Numbered from the stretch's first letter, positions 13,468 to 27,300 are shown. The stretch is DNA of 64,000 nucleotides from Eledone cirrhosa (GCA_964016885.1 OZ024753.1:1116001-1180000); one strand, 5' to 3'. Translations and numbers: made by a program. Notes: a model not told the origin generated them from the letters alone.

Positions 13468-13648
13468 TAACAGATTAACGGGATCTTCTGAGTTTCAGAA
13501 GATCCCGTTAAGGGTTAAAGCAGCGATTCTTTGCTTAAACTTTAATCTGTTATTGTAATAAATATTTGCTCTACGGTTCTTATATATTTGATATATATTT
13601 ACCCTTATCGAACCCTCTTTGGATTTTAGTCTTCAAATTTATTATTAT

Positions 13649-13706
<58 letters not shown>

Positions 13707-13959
13707 AATGTATATATATATATAATAAATGTATATATATATATATATATTTCCTCTCCCAGCTCCACCACAACTACAAGCATTGACCCACATAATTTTC
13801 ATCTCAGCTTGCAAAAGTTATATACACCCCCACCTCCAGCTCCAATATAATTCACGTGAGTTACTGCTGTTTAGCTCTAGGTAGGTCTTGGTTGAACAAA
13901 TCTATCATTAAAAGCTCCTGCATGTGATCAAACAGTTTTCCACCATGATAAGATTGTAT

Positions 13960-14580
13960 GTGGACACAAAGAAGACAGAAATGATGAAGTGAAAGCCTTG
14001 AATGGAAAATCTTTAAAAGAGCTTGGAAGATTTACCTATCCTGAAAGTAATATTTCATCCACCAAGAAAGACATAACTGTACAGATAGCTAAAGCATCTG
14101 TACAACAATCTGGATGTCCTCCCTTTTAAACAAAAGGAAGAGAGGCTTCTCCAGAACTGTTGTTGAGTTGGTTCATTTGTATGGCTTCTCAGCAAGGACA
14201 ATGATACAAAGGTTAAAAAACAAGTTTGATGGGACATACACCCGAATGCTATGTGTAGTGCTGAACATGTGCTGGAAGCAGCATTCTTTGAGAGGAGAGC
14301 TATATGGACAGATCTCTCCTGTATCAGCTTTAGTTAGGGAAATAAGGATAAGAAACACTGAACACTGCTACCAAAGCAAAGATGAGCTTATTAACAATCT
14401 TCTTTTGTAGATACCAACCCATGAACACTCTCACATTGGGCGTCCTCGGATGACTTATATCGACTAAAGATGTTGGTTTGACACTCAAAGAACTGAAAAC
14501 AGTGGTGGAAGACAGAGTCATCTGGAGATGGAGAGTGGAACTGGCCCAGGCAATTTGCCTGATCCAATGACGATGATGTC
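13960..14580 (+). mobile_element. Old RTE-like LINE C-terminal remnant
   Basis: LYG...RLKNKFDGTYTRMLCVVLNMCWKQH...ELYGQISPVSALVRE; ends in a short (GAT)n. Confidence 0.65.
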
Positions 14581-14810
14581 ACTGCCTATTTCTTGTTTCG
14601 ATATTCTAGGTTCATTTCATTGTTGAGATGGATCCTAGATAGTGAGATGAATCTAGGATATCAAGACTAGAAATAGGTGGTGACACAACCACTACCTATT
14701 AGTCATTATGTCAATGCATCATGATCAATTGACCCTCTGAAACGATTGCAAAATAATGAACTGATTGAGACCCTATCTTCAATTTTGGTTTTATTTTTAT
14801 TGCAATACAA

Positions 14811-14878
<68 letters not shown>

Positions 14879-15130
14879 CTCTGCAGCTCAAATACAATCT
14901 TCGATGGAACTCGTTTGGTTTGTTATTTCTGTTTAGTTTTTACACACGTACACGCACACACTGATATATATATATATATATATACACACACAAACATGAA
15001 TATAAATATAAATTCGCAGTTGGGAGGTGGACAAAATAAGTGAGAAGGCAACTAAACAAGCGACACCGGTACATGACAGATGCACACCAGTCTCCTGTAT
15101 TGGTAGCGCGGTCAAATTGCATTGTGGGAG

Positions 15131-15140
15131 TTCACGTGAC
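15131..15140 (+). promoter_or_regulatory. E-box / CLEAR-like site TTCACGTGAC just upstream of the SNX start codon
   Basis: 9/10 match to the TFEB/MiT CLEAR consensus GTCACGTGAC, ending 9 nt before the ATG in a locally CpG-richer region. Confidence 0.5.
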
Positions 15141-15149
15141 AGTGAAAAG

Positions 15150-15233
15150 ATGGCTGACGAGAGAGAACCACCTCCGTTCGAAGAGTATTACACTACCAAA
15201 GAGGAAGATGATCTGTTTGCTGATGCCAGTGAG
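15150..15233 (+). CDS. SNX2: Sorting nexin SNX1/SNX2 orthologue, coding exon 1
   Basis: ATG at 15150; MADEREPPPFEEYYTTKEEDDLFADASE resembles the vertebrate SNX2 start (MAAEREPPPL...EDLF); donor GAG|gtaaac, phase 0. Confidence 0.92.
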
Positions 15234-16007
15234 GTAAACGATTCTTTATATAAAACAACTGCTTCCCTCAACAGATTTTCTAACGGCATTGCCATTTATT
15301 TACGTCCTTAATCCTATATTTCCATTGACAACACGACGTAAGAGTTGCTATAAATAAGTAAACGGGCCACTATCACTATCTCTTCAGTAGAGAGGAAACA
15401 CCCACTTGTATGTCATGTCTTGTAAATAATGATGCCAACTCCATCGAACACAACTCATACAAATGAATATATTTATATACACTTGAGAAGTCAACACATA
15501 TCTATCTATCTGATTATTTCACGTCTCAAGTATATATATACATGTATATATATATATATACATAAGTATATATACATATATACACAGACACAACGAGCGT
15601 ATTTGTTTTTTTATTTGAATATGTTAGCTTTGTACTATACATAGAGCACTCTTCTTTCCTTTACCTCTTCCACAGAAATACTTACAACATATATATATAT
15701 ACAGAGAGAGAGAGAGAGAGAGAGATCTATAAAATCCCGATCGCGACGCCAAACGGTTTCGGCTTGGCTCCGCGTTCGGGTATTTTACACATCTCTTTAT
15801 CTACTCTACATCTTCCCATGTATTGAGTACTCACATGATTAGTGGTCTCCTCGGTCTAAACACCGCTCACTCTATATATATAAAGATATATAATATATAA
15901 CTTAAAATCATGTTTGTAGCATTTCGAGTGATGGGGGGTGTGTTTTTTAACACAAGGGGCATTTATATGTGTGTATATAAAATATTTGTATAGATAGTCA
16001 CGCATTC

Positions 16008-16081
<74 letters not shown>

Positions 16082-16165
16082 TATGGGACGGTGATTCGTG
16101 AATCTTCCGTGTTAGTATGTGTGTATATACACACACACATATATATGGTTGTATGTGAATCTACC

Positions 16166-16201
<36 letters not shown>

Positions 16202-16506
16202 ATTTCTCCCGATTGAAACAGTTCTAGTCCTGTAGAAGCCATTTCTATATTAAATATTTATACTCTGTTATGTATTGAGTACCTTACTTACCGTGGTTAC
16301 CCCCGATTGAACCCGGGATAGGTTTGTTGGTTCACCACTGGATAGAATTGGTCATTCCGTATAGTCAATCTCGATGTAATATTATGGAGAGTACTCAACG
16401 TAGTGCAGTTCACCCGTCTTCGTTTGTGTAGTTGGTGGCGCTAATACGGAGTTAATTATTATAAATAATAACAGGAGGCTGTGAAAAGTTTATTCGAGGT
16501 ATTCGA

Positions 16507-16564
16507 ATACCTGATGATATCACCGGATTCATACGGAACCCGGTTATTGAAATGATCATAGTAT
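16507..16564 (+). ncRNA. Type I hammerhead ribozyme motif (family C), sense in SNX intron 1
   Basis: ATAC-CTGATGA-t-ATCACCGG...CCGGTTAT-t-GAAA-TGATCA-TA-GTAT; palindromic AUGAUCAU stem III, AUA triplet; inside the 16453-16624 foldback. Confidence 0.75.
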
Positions 16565-16875
16565 AATAAACTTTTCAAGGATTTACACCAGTCCAGCCTC
16601 CTGTTATTTTATTTATAATAATTATATATATATATATATATACATACATACATAGACTCAACCAGCGTATTTGTTTTTATTTGAATATGTTAGCAATCTA
16701 TTGTATTTCTACGAAACAATTATCATACATATGTAGGGTGCTGAGTGTAAAATTAAACTACATAAGAAACCAACTTTATAAATTAAAACGAGCCTTTATT
16801 AGTAAAATATCAAAATCGTCCCAATAGATGTGGCAGATAAAAACTATTTGAAAGTATCATGTAAAAACAAGACTC

Positions 16876-16949
<74 letters not shown>

Positions 16950-17281
16950 AAATCTAAATAATTGACGATATAAAAATTTCTTTAAAAAAAATGATTGAAA
17001 ATATTTTGTTAACTTTTTTTTTTTTAACACGCCTCGGAAATTTGATCATCAGTTAGAACGGTGGGCGTGCTATATAGCTGTTGACATATATACACGACAT
17101 ATTTGCATGTGTGACTACGTGTATGTATGTATATATATATATATATGCACTAGACTGCTAATGTTTTTTGTTTTAATGATAGGGGATCCCTGTCTAGTTT
17201 TTTTTTTTAGTATGTGTAAACACACACACAAGTGTGTTTCTGTATGTAGATAAATATGTACTTAGTTTGTATGTATGTATG

Positions 17282-17315
<34 letters not shown>

Positions 17316-17617
17316 TATAATGTGTGTGCGTGCGTATGTGTATTTATATGTAGTTTGTGTATTTGTATGTAGTTTGTGTGTGTTTATGTAGTTCGGAGTA
17401 GGGGAATAAAGTGCCACTAAAGTAAAAGCTAAAAGTATAGGAGGAAATAAATGTAAAATATATTAAAATACGAAGAAAATGCAAGTATATACGACGTATA
17501 TAAAGTTTAGCTGGTAATGGGTTCATTCATTGGACTGCGGTTATGCTGGAGCACCACCTTGGTTTAGTCAATCAAATCGACGTTAAATGAGGATCATGAA
17601 ATGTCTCTGCATATATA

Positions 17618-18390
17618 TCATAATCATCACTGTTTAACGTCCATTTTCCCACGCCAGCATGGGTTAGATGAGTTGTCCCGTTGTGAGACAAGTCAGATCA
17701 GATGATGGCGTCTTGTTCATACAGTACTGTTTCAGACCTGGTTTTTATGCCGGATGCCTTTCCTACCACATAATGAGGACTGGGTGCTTTTTATCGCGTC
17801 ATCAACACGACTGCCTTACAGTGTGGACTGGGTGCTTTTTTGTTGTCACCAACACGACTACTTCACAGTGTGCACTGGGTGCTTTTTTGTTGTCACCAAC
17901 ACGACTACTTCAGTGTGCACTGGGTGCTTTTTTGTTGTCACCAACACGACTACTTCACAGTGTGCACTGGGTGCTTTTTTGTTGTCACCAACACGACTAC
18001 TTTACAGTGTGGACTGGGTGCTTTTTTGTTGTCACCAACACGGCCACTTCAGTGTGGACTGGGTGCTTCTTTGTTGTCACCAATACGACCACTCCACAGT
18101 GTGGACTGGACTTTTTTTATCGTGACACCTACACGACCACTTCACAATGTGGACTGGACACCTTTTGTTGTGACACTTACACGACCGCTTCACAATGTGG
18201 ACTGGACACCTTTTGTCGTGACACTTACACGACCACTTCACAATGTGGACTGGACACCTTTTGTCGTGACACTTACACGACCGCTTCACAATGTGGACTG
18301 GACACCTTTTGTTGTGACACTTACACGACCACTTCACAGTGTGGACTGGACACTTTTTGTCGTGACGCCAACACGCCCACTTCAGTGTGA
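17618..18390 (-). mobile_element. RTE 3' UTR fragment with expanded ~45-bp internal minisatellite
   Basis: (CAT)n-AACGTCCATTTTCC tail, then ~13 units of CAGTGTGGACTGGGTGCTTTTTTGTTGTCACCAACACGACTACTTCA; other tail fragments near 20225, 21250, 23388, 25370, 35555, 52960 and 63910. Confidence 0.75.
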
Positions 18391-21300
18391 CTGACTGCTG
18401 GGGTTGATTCTACTTACAAGATCAAACAGGTACAATAGTGGAAGACACTTGCCCAAGGCACTGCACGGTAAGGCTGAAATAAGGACCATGTGGTTGCAAA
18501 GTGAACCCTATACTCAAGAACTTAAGAAGGCTAAACCTCACAACAGAGATGTGAAATGGTCATGTAAATTGGCAACTGGAGGATCCTTCAGTTGTGTCAA
18601 AGACATGACAGTCTCCCTACTGTGATGATCTACTCATTAAATGCTCTCAGTAAATGTAAAGTAGTTGGAGATAGGAAAAGCATCCTGCTATAGAAATCTT
18701 GTCAAAAAAAGTGATGGTGGGACTCTTCAGTTGTGTCAAAGACATGATGGCCTCCCTAGAGCTGGTGTCACGATAAAATGCACCTGCTAGAGCTTAGGAT
18801 TGCATAAGCGAGTCAGGTGACTATGAAGACACTTTCTTCTTAATCTCAAATCAAACAGCTAGCTTTAACTTGTTAGAAATGTCAGACAAATCTTCATCTT
18901 GCATCACACTGTCTTAACCCTTTAGCATTTAAACCAGCCGAAACCGGCTGCTCATACTTATGTTGAGTTATTGTTCTCAAAATAAATTATATCAGCATCT
19001 CTTAGATTCAATATTATGTGAGATAAAGCCGTTACCATGAAAATATAATAGTATATATAGAGTAATGTAAATGTTAAAAGGTTAAAGAAAGGGAAGGATA
19101 TGAGATAGTGTAGCTGTAGATATGCAGTAAATTCTAGAGAAGGGCAGGGTAGTTTTACCCAGAATGCTTTTGATCATATGTCAACTCAACTAATCTGGGG
19201 CTAAACAATGACATCACCATTCAGTGTAGGCCTGGAAAAGTTTCAAGCATGGAACTCCTCCATCCCTCCTCCTCAGTAATTTATCAAGGATATATGTATG
19301 CCTCTCTATAGTTGGAGGAGGGTTTGATTAATTCCTTGTTTATATTTTTGGGACATTTTGTTTATGGAATATATCATATAAATATAGTTTAATAGAAAAA
19401 GAAAATTTAGATTGAGAAGAATCATCATCATCATCATTTCATTTTACGTCCGCTTTTCCCTGCTTGCAAGGGTGGGACGGGAACTGGTTTTGGCTTGATT
19501 TCTACAGCTGGATGCCCTTCCTAACACCAACCTTATTTACAGTGAGTGCTGGGTGCTTTTTTGCCGTGGCACCTCCATGACCACTTTGCAGTGGAATGAT
19601 AGGGACCCCAGTCCCTATCATCTCATTTTTACAGCTGAGTAAACTGGAGCAATGTGAAATAAAGTGTCTTGCTCAAGGAAACAACACATCACCCAGTCTG
19701 AGAATTGAATGTAAAATAGGAAAATATAAAAAAAAAGAAAAAAAAAAAAAATGGAAAAGGGAGGGAATGGCAAGGATTCTAGTGTCACAGAAGAATGGGA
19801 AGGGGGAGGATGATTGGGCTCTGAGCCTAGGCCACAGCGGTAAAGGGGCTGTGTCCTGTGGACAAGACCATAAAAGCATTCCCACAGACAATGGCCAGTG
19901 ACACCTGCTGCAACAGCCACCCCCACCTCATGGGATTCCTTCTTCAGACTGGCCACTGACATTCCGATCTTGTGGAGGAGCTTGACTGTACACCTCGGAT
20001 TGTTCGTAACTTAACCCTTCACAGAATTTTTTTTTTTCATATAGAGGTTTGTACCCATAAAGTTCATATCTTTTTATACAAACATGAAGTAAAAGTATTA
20101 ATTTGAAATAGGATTCCAACCTACATTAATTGAAATACAATATATGTCATTAGACATTTAGACATGAAAGGATTAACAGCTGTTGTTTTGTCTTTGGTTA
20201 AATTCTAATTGAGTAGATATCCTCATCATCATCACCGTTTTATGTCCGTTCTTCTACGCTAGCATGGGTTAGACGGGTTGTCCTGTTGTGGGCAGTGTCC
20301 GGTTGGCTGACCTTGTCTTGCTCATACGGGAACTGATTCTGGCTTGATTTCTACAGCTGGATGCTGTTCCTAACACCAACCTCATTTACAGTGAGTGCTG
20401 GGTACTTTTTTTCCGTGGCGCCTACACGTCCACTTTACAGTGTAGGTTGGGTGCTTTTTTGCTGTGGCACCTCCACGACCACTTTGCAGTGGGAGGGTGT
20501 GGGGGCATATATATATTTGTATTTTAATTTCTGTATGTCGGAGATAGTTACTTCTGACAGGACTCGCTGGAAGGAGTGTTTAAGGACTCTGCCCCCATGA
20601 CCCACTCGGGAATAAGTGGGCGAAGAAGTTCTGTATGTGTTCAGATTATGGTGATGATGATGTGTGTGTTCTAATGAGTATAGATGTGTTTCCATGTACT
20701 TGTTTCTTTTTGTGTTCTAATTTTTTTAAAAATTTGTATAGATTTGTATATACTCATTTCTTGTGTGTGTGTTTTAATTTATTCAAATTAATGTATGTTT
20801 TAATTTATAGGTGTCTTTGGGTATTCACAATTTAAAACAAATTTTCTCTGTATTTTTGTTTTCAGTTTGTGCGTGTGTATGTGTTCTTATTTCTTAAACT
20901 ATGTGTGTGTATTCCTTATATCACTTGTGTGCTTGTGTATGAATATTCTCATTTCAGTGAAATTTCTTTACTCAATGTGGTGGGCATGTCCTGAAAACTC
21001 ATTGGTTTTCTTTGTCTTTATAATGGTTTCTGATTTAGGCTCAAGGCCAACAAATTTAGGTTGAGGGGAAAGTCAATTAAATCGACCCCAGTGTATTACT
21101 GGTGCTTATTTTATTGTCCCTGTAAGGATGAAAGGCAAAGCTAACCTCAGTGTAAAAAGCTGTTACTCTATCCTGTAAAGCATGTTCATCCAATGCTCTA
21201 TTGATACTGCCATGGGCTAGTCAGGCTGTCACATACATGATGCTCGACTGGTCAGGTAACCATATCTTAGTCATGCTTTGTTTTTGGCTAGGGTTTTCTA

Positions 21301-23345
21301 TGGCTGGATGTCCTTCTTGTTTCCAACCACTTTACAGGCTAGACTGGGAGCATTTTATTATGACTTTTGTACTATCACTCTATAGGGTAGACTGGGTGCT
21401 TTTCATCATGGCACCAGCACTACCACCTCACAGGGTAGACTGGATTCTTTACACCATGGCACCAGCTTTAGAATCTATTTTACAATGTATATTGAAGCAG
21501 TAGAACAGAGATAAACTTGTTTTACAATAGATAGTATATAGATAAACTACCACACTACATTCCACATCAATAATAGAGACAACTCTAACTAAGATTAGAA
21601 CACACACCATGTGATCCATTCACTACTTCCAATGTTGAAAAAAAACCCCACCATTTTCAGATTAAAGAATGCCAGAACAAGACTAACGCAAGTTATTCTG
21701 CTCTGACTTAGTTTCCCAAACTATTTTGTTGATGAAGGGATATTGTCCTGAAATATTAAGGGCTAATTAAACATCTCCAACAACTTTATTATTATTTCGA
21801 ACATTTAATGTCCTATTTGTATTGCTGCAGCTCCCTAAAAAAAGCAAACAAAAACTATCAAATAACCTTATTTTCTGGACAAAAGTATGTTTTACAATGG
21901 ACAGTATATAGTCAAAATACTTTGGTTTTGAGTCGCAATACTTTCTTTGATAATAGTATAAAACTTTATAGCTATGAAATTACTTTTGTTATAAACTTAT
22001 ATATGACAATACAATTACTTCGGTCATAAATCTGTATATGATAATATTTATGACAATACTTTGGTCATAAACCTATCTATGAAAATACTTATGACATTAT
22101 ATATATATTTTATTAAGGCTAAATAGTGGATCTTGTGATTCTGGAGTTTTGTTTGTTTATCACAGTTCATCAGACAAGAACTGTTCTTACGTGATGACTC
22201 TGATAAACAGGCAAAACTCCAGAGTACAGCCGGTTTAAATGCTAAAGGGTTAATCACCTTGGTGACAACCTTTCAAGTGGGCCAACAGCTTCATCCTTGT
22301 GATGAAAGCAGATGAGCTGTGGCTTGGTAACCAGCTTCCAAGTAATGGATCATGGACATACAGCATCATATAGATGCCCAACACTCAGCAACGAGGATGG
22401 GAGTATATCAAGACAAATCAATATAAGATGAAAGTGAATTGAAAAACTTGACAATAAAATGAAACTGAATGAAGCCTGCAAGTCATATCCGAGATTTAAG
22501 CAAGATTCTTTTTTCCATGATTGTATCAGACAGCTTTTGCCTTCCTCGGCTTATTTATAATTAGCTAGCATTTGATTGCAGACAGCTGGTTGTGAAGCTA
22601 GTTGTGAAGCAGTAGTCTAGTGCAGTTTGTTGTGAGGTAGCAATTGAATGCAAACAGTATGTTGTGAGGCAGCAGATTATTATATTAAAAAGAAAAATTC
22701 CCAAATAAATCAATCAGAAAAAATGTTCACAGATCTTTGTTTCTGGATTAAAAAAAAAATTCAAAAGGTGAAGATTAACAAGACAGTATAGAAATATATA
22801 AAAGATATTGTAAATACTTTAATTATGGACATGGGAAGATGCAATTAGTAATAAAAATATTTCAGCATTCACCTATGTAATTTATCTCAGACATATTAAT
22901 CACACAACTATGCCTGGTTAGGGACAAATATTGTCCCTCTCTCTATTTTTATGTTCAAAATGACCCATTCTATTGTTTTTTGGTAACTTTATTTCTATAT
23001 TCATATATGCACAGATGTTTGTGAACTGTACTATACATACATGTATGTGTGTATACATATGTCCCTGTATGTCAAAATGTAACTTGGCAATTTAATGATT
23101 AGAGATCGATAAAAAAAAAAAAAACCTCTATATCATTTTATGCAATAATCAATGATATTATTTATGATATAGTTTTTATAATAAACACTGTTTCATTAAG
23201 AATATAATTTATAAAAGAAATAAATCAATAGAAATGAGTTCCACACTCATTAGAATCAATAAAATATGTACCAGTCTGTAAAGCTACTATTGACATGAAT
23301 AGTAAAATCTTCTCTCTCTTTCTCCCCCTTCTCTCTCTCTCACTC

Positions 23346-23392
<47 letters not shown>

Positions 23393-24322
23393 TCATTTAA
23401 CGTCCATCTTCCATGCAGCATGGGTTAGACGGTTTTGTTCCATTTGATGCAGGAATGGTTGGGAGACCATGCCTCGCTTGCACGGAAGCGTCTCTGGCAG
23501 TTTTTTTTTTACAGCTGGATGCTCTTCCTAACCCCAACCACATTTACAGTGTGGACTGGGAGCCTTTTCACCGTGTCTCCTACACGGCCACCTTACAGTG
23601 TGGATTGGTGTGTCAACGACACAGTGGATGGAACGGTGGGGGTGGGGTGTACATTGTGTGTGTGTGTGTGAAGAATAAAACAAGATTTCACATTGAAATT
23701 TTTATTGATTAGGCTTAGTTACACTTGTTTTACAGAAGAGTGTCTCAATTGAGACTTGATGCCCTCAAATGAGGTTCTAGTTTAGTCTGATGAGCAGATT
23801 GAGGCTGGAGTTGGTTCTATAACATAAATATGGATCTTAAGCCACCCATCTGTTAAATGTACTTAACTGAGCCTAATCAATAAAAACCTCAATGTGAAAC
23901 CTTGTTTAGTTTTTCTTAATGTATACACTCTGCTATAACATAGTGTTAATATTGGTACCTTCCTCAGTTAGAGGCAGGTGGTAGATGTAAGTAGCAGCAG
24001 CAGTAGTAGTAGTGACTGCTATTGTATAAGAGGTTAGCTAGCAATGAAACAAGTCTGCCACTGTTTCTGTTTCTTTATTGAAGTTAACTTCAGTTCATAC
24101 CCCACCTTCCTCTATGCGAAAGTACAGAATATATGAACATCAATTATCCCATTCCATTTCTGTAAACAAGTGGCCAGTCACCTAGTTAACCCTTTTGATA
24201 TCAAATTGCCTGAAACAACTCTTGGTTCTACGATACAAATCTGTTTACTCTAAAGTATTTATAATAACCTAAAAACCTTTCATAATTTTATGTAAGAATC
24301 TTTATACTCCAAACACCAGCTT

Positions 24323-24508
24323 AATAATTGTTTCTACTTTTGGCACAAGGCCAGCAATTACCCAGTGCATTACTGGTACTTTATTTTATTGACCCCGTAA
24401 GGATGAAAGGGAAAAACCTCGGCGGGATTTGAACTCAGAATGGCAAGGGCCGTAACTCTATGCGTCAAAGCATGGCGTCCAACCCTCTACCGATAGTGCC
24501 AATTCACC
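24323..24508 (-). mobile_element. SINE family 1 inside a TTAA MITE
   Basis: Full-length match to 26772-26958. Confidence 0.82.
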
Positions 24509-25738
24509 AGTGAGTTACATTACTAAATCTCTTTAAATTTTAAATTATTTTCAAGATGATTTAAAAACTATAAGCAGTGTCTTTTATGGTAAGTGAAAGT
24601 AGTTGTAACTGAGTGCTAAAAATAGGAACCAAATCTCCTTCAAATCACTCCCTATATCATCATCATTTAACATGTTTATCCAGTCAGTAAAGGTTGGATG
24701 AGCTGGTCGCCTGCTTCTCACATATGTTCCTGTACTTTACGGAGTGAATCGGGTGCATTTTATCATGGCCCCAGCACTAGAGAGGTTGGTTTTGTCCATA
24801 AAATATTCTTTCCTGAGACATTCTAACCACATGTTCATAGTATTGGAGCCATGATCTCTCAATTTGGAGAAATAGCGGCTCTACATGGAGTGACGTTCTG
24901 ATCTCTGAACCACGCACTCATCGATAAAATAAAGTACCAGTAATACACTGGGTAATTGCTGGCCTTGTGCCAAAAGTAGAAGCAATTATTTGTCAACATT
25001 GCCCTGAGATACTTGAACTTCTCTCCCTGCTTCAGTGGAACTCCATTTACATGTGTTATTGGGGGTGGTGGTGTTTGTTGTAGTGTTGTTGTTGTTAGGT
25101 GTGGTGTTGGTTGTAGTATTATTGGGGGTGCTGTTGGTGAATGTATTGTTCTGAAACACACAAAAAAAGATGTTTTCTTGAGGGTCATTGATACACTTTG
25201 ATTCTTCTTCTGTTGACTTTGGAATGATAGCATTACACACAAATGTTTATACTAAGCTCAAAGAAAGAAACTGTTTTTAATACAGGCAGTCAAATAGACA
25301 AATGTTTGGGATTAGACAGGAAGAGAAACAGTTTTGTGGGTTGTATTATATATATATATATATATATACAGTTAGTGTTAGGAAGGGCATCCGGTCGTAG
25401 AAAACCTGCCAGATAGTCCTATATGAGCGAGACACGGTCACCCGACCAACCTTGCATCAAGTGGGACAACTCCCGTCTAACCCATGCTAGCGTGGAAGAT
25501 GGATGTTAAACGGAGATGATGATGATGATGATGATACACACACACACATTCACACTTATATATGTATGTATTTATCATCATGATCATCGTTATCACCATT
25601 TAGTGTTAATTCTTCCATGTTTGCATGGCAAGGACTGTAAATTTGGCCGGGTATTTTACAGCTGGAAGCCCTTCCTAACACCAACCACGTATATATATAT
25701 ATATGTGGATATGTATATATCTGTATATGGTATATGAC

Positions 25739-25791
<53 letters not shown>

Positions 25792-26027
25792 TCACTCACT
25801 CACTCACTCACTCACTCACTCACCCACCCTGTTGTGTTTTTGTTATGGAATGAATACAAAGATCAGGATGATGTGAAAAATGAACTGGCCATAGATTGAA
25901 TAAGTTTAGAATACTTGAGAAAATATAGGTCAGTCCTTAGTGAACAGACATATCTTGTGTCAAAATTGTTTCAGGTATTTAGTGCATCCTTTCCAGATTC
26001 TTCATTAAATAATTAAAATACAAAGTA

Positions 26028-26326
26028 CAGTGGAACCTCTGTTCATGAATGCTTCTCTTCATGAACAAATCAGTTCACAATTTTTCTGCACACATAACGT
26101 CTCGGGTGACAAATGGTGTCTCGAGTAATGAACATGCATGCTGGTAACAATGGTTGGCAACAAGCTTGGAGTATCGACGGGAAAGCATCTGTCTTTCACA
26201 CACAGTCTCTCTCTCACTGTATTTCGCTCAACATTTTGTATGGGAAAAATGGTTTCAGTTTACAAACATTTTGGGTGATGTACAGCCATCAGGAAGGAAT
26301 AAAGTTTGTCAACTGAGGTTTCACTG
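26028..26326. mobile_element. Tigger/pogo-like MITE
   Basis: TA|CAGTGGAACCTC...GAGGTTTCACTG|TA. Confidence 0.75.
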
Positions 26327-26771
26327 TATTTCATTAGAAATATGGTAATGAAATGGTGAGAATGGGTGGATTTGTTTTCATAGAATCAGTCAGTTTTGGC
26401 TGAGTTGGTATCAAGAGTTAAAACAATATTGGCCTTGTACTATTAGATAGATATAAAAAAAAAATCATTAATATTGTATTTTTATCTTAATGGGGAAGAT
26501 ATTGTTACAGATTTTATCTAATTAATTACTACCATATTGTAGATAAACAATTAAATATATCTAATTGGTTTTTTGATTAAATAACAAATTATTAGCTCTA
26601 TGATAAAAAAATAAAGAAAAAAAAACCTACCATGTGACAGTTTTAGATAACCTATTTAGTTCTATGTTGTCATATTGTTACATTGTTTTAACTCTTTCAT
26701 TACCACATTTTTAATAAAATACAGTCTATGATTTTCTATAAAAAAAAATAATCAAGAATTTGGAAGGATTT

Positions 26772-26958
26772 TATAATTGTTTCTACTATTGGCACAAGGC
26801 CAGAAAATTACCCAGTACATTACTGGTACTTTATTTTATCGACCCCGTAAGGATGAAAGGCAAAGTTAACCTCGGCGGGATTTGAACTCAGAATGGCAAG
26901 GGCCGTAACTCTATGCGTCAAAGCATGGCGTCCGAACCTCTACCGATACTGCCAATCA
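26772..26958 (-). mobile_element. SINE family 1 with 13-bp TSD
   Basis: Flanked by AGGATTTTATAAT on both sides. Confidence 0.85.
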
Positions 26959-27114
26959 GGATTTTATAATATAACCGTCTATGTGTTAGCATTAGGAAGG
27001 GACAATCAGCTGTAGAAAACCAAGCTAAAAACCAATTGTATGAGCAAGATGTGATCACTTAATCTTTAGCACGCTAGAAATTTTTATGAATTGCTTCCAT
27101 TGAGACTGCATTAT

Positions 27115-27300
27115 GGTGGATTGGCAGTATCGGTAGAGGGTCGGACGCCATGCTTTCCAGCATAGTTACATCCCTTTACGATCTGAGTTCAAATCCTGCC
27201 GAGGTTGACTTTGCCTTTCATCCTTACGGGGTCGATAAAATAAAGTACCAGTAATGAACTGGGTAATTGCTGGCCTTGTGCCTAAAGTAGAAACAATTAT
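27115..27300 (+). mobile_element. SINE family 1 nested in the short TTAA MITE
   Basis: Full-length; ATTATG duplicated at the flanks. Confidence 0.85.

Noticed and set aside
15027-15149. In-frame upstream extension of SNX exon 1
   Set aside because: Starts at GTG; homology begins at ATG 15150.
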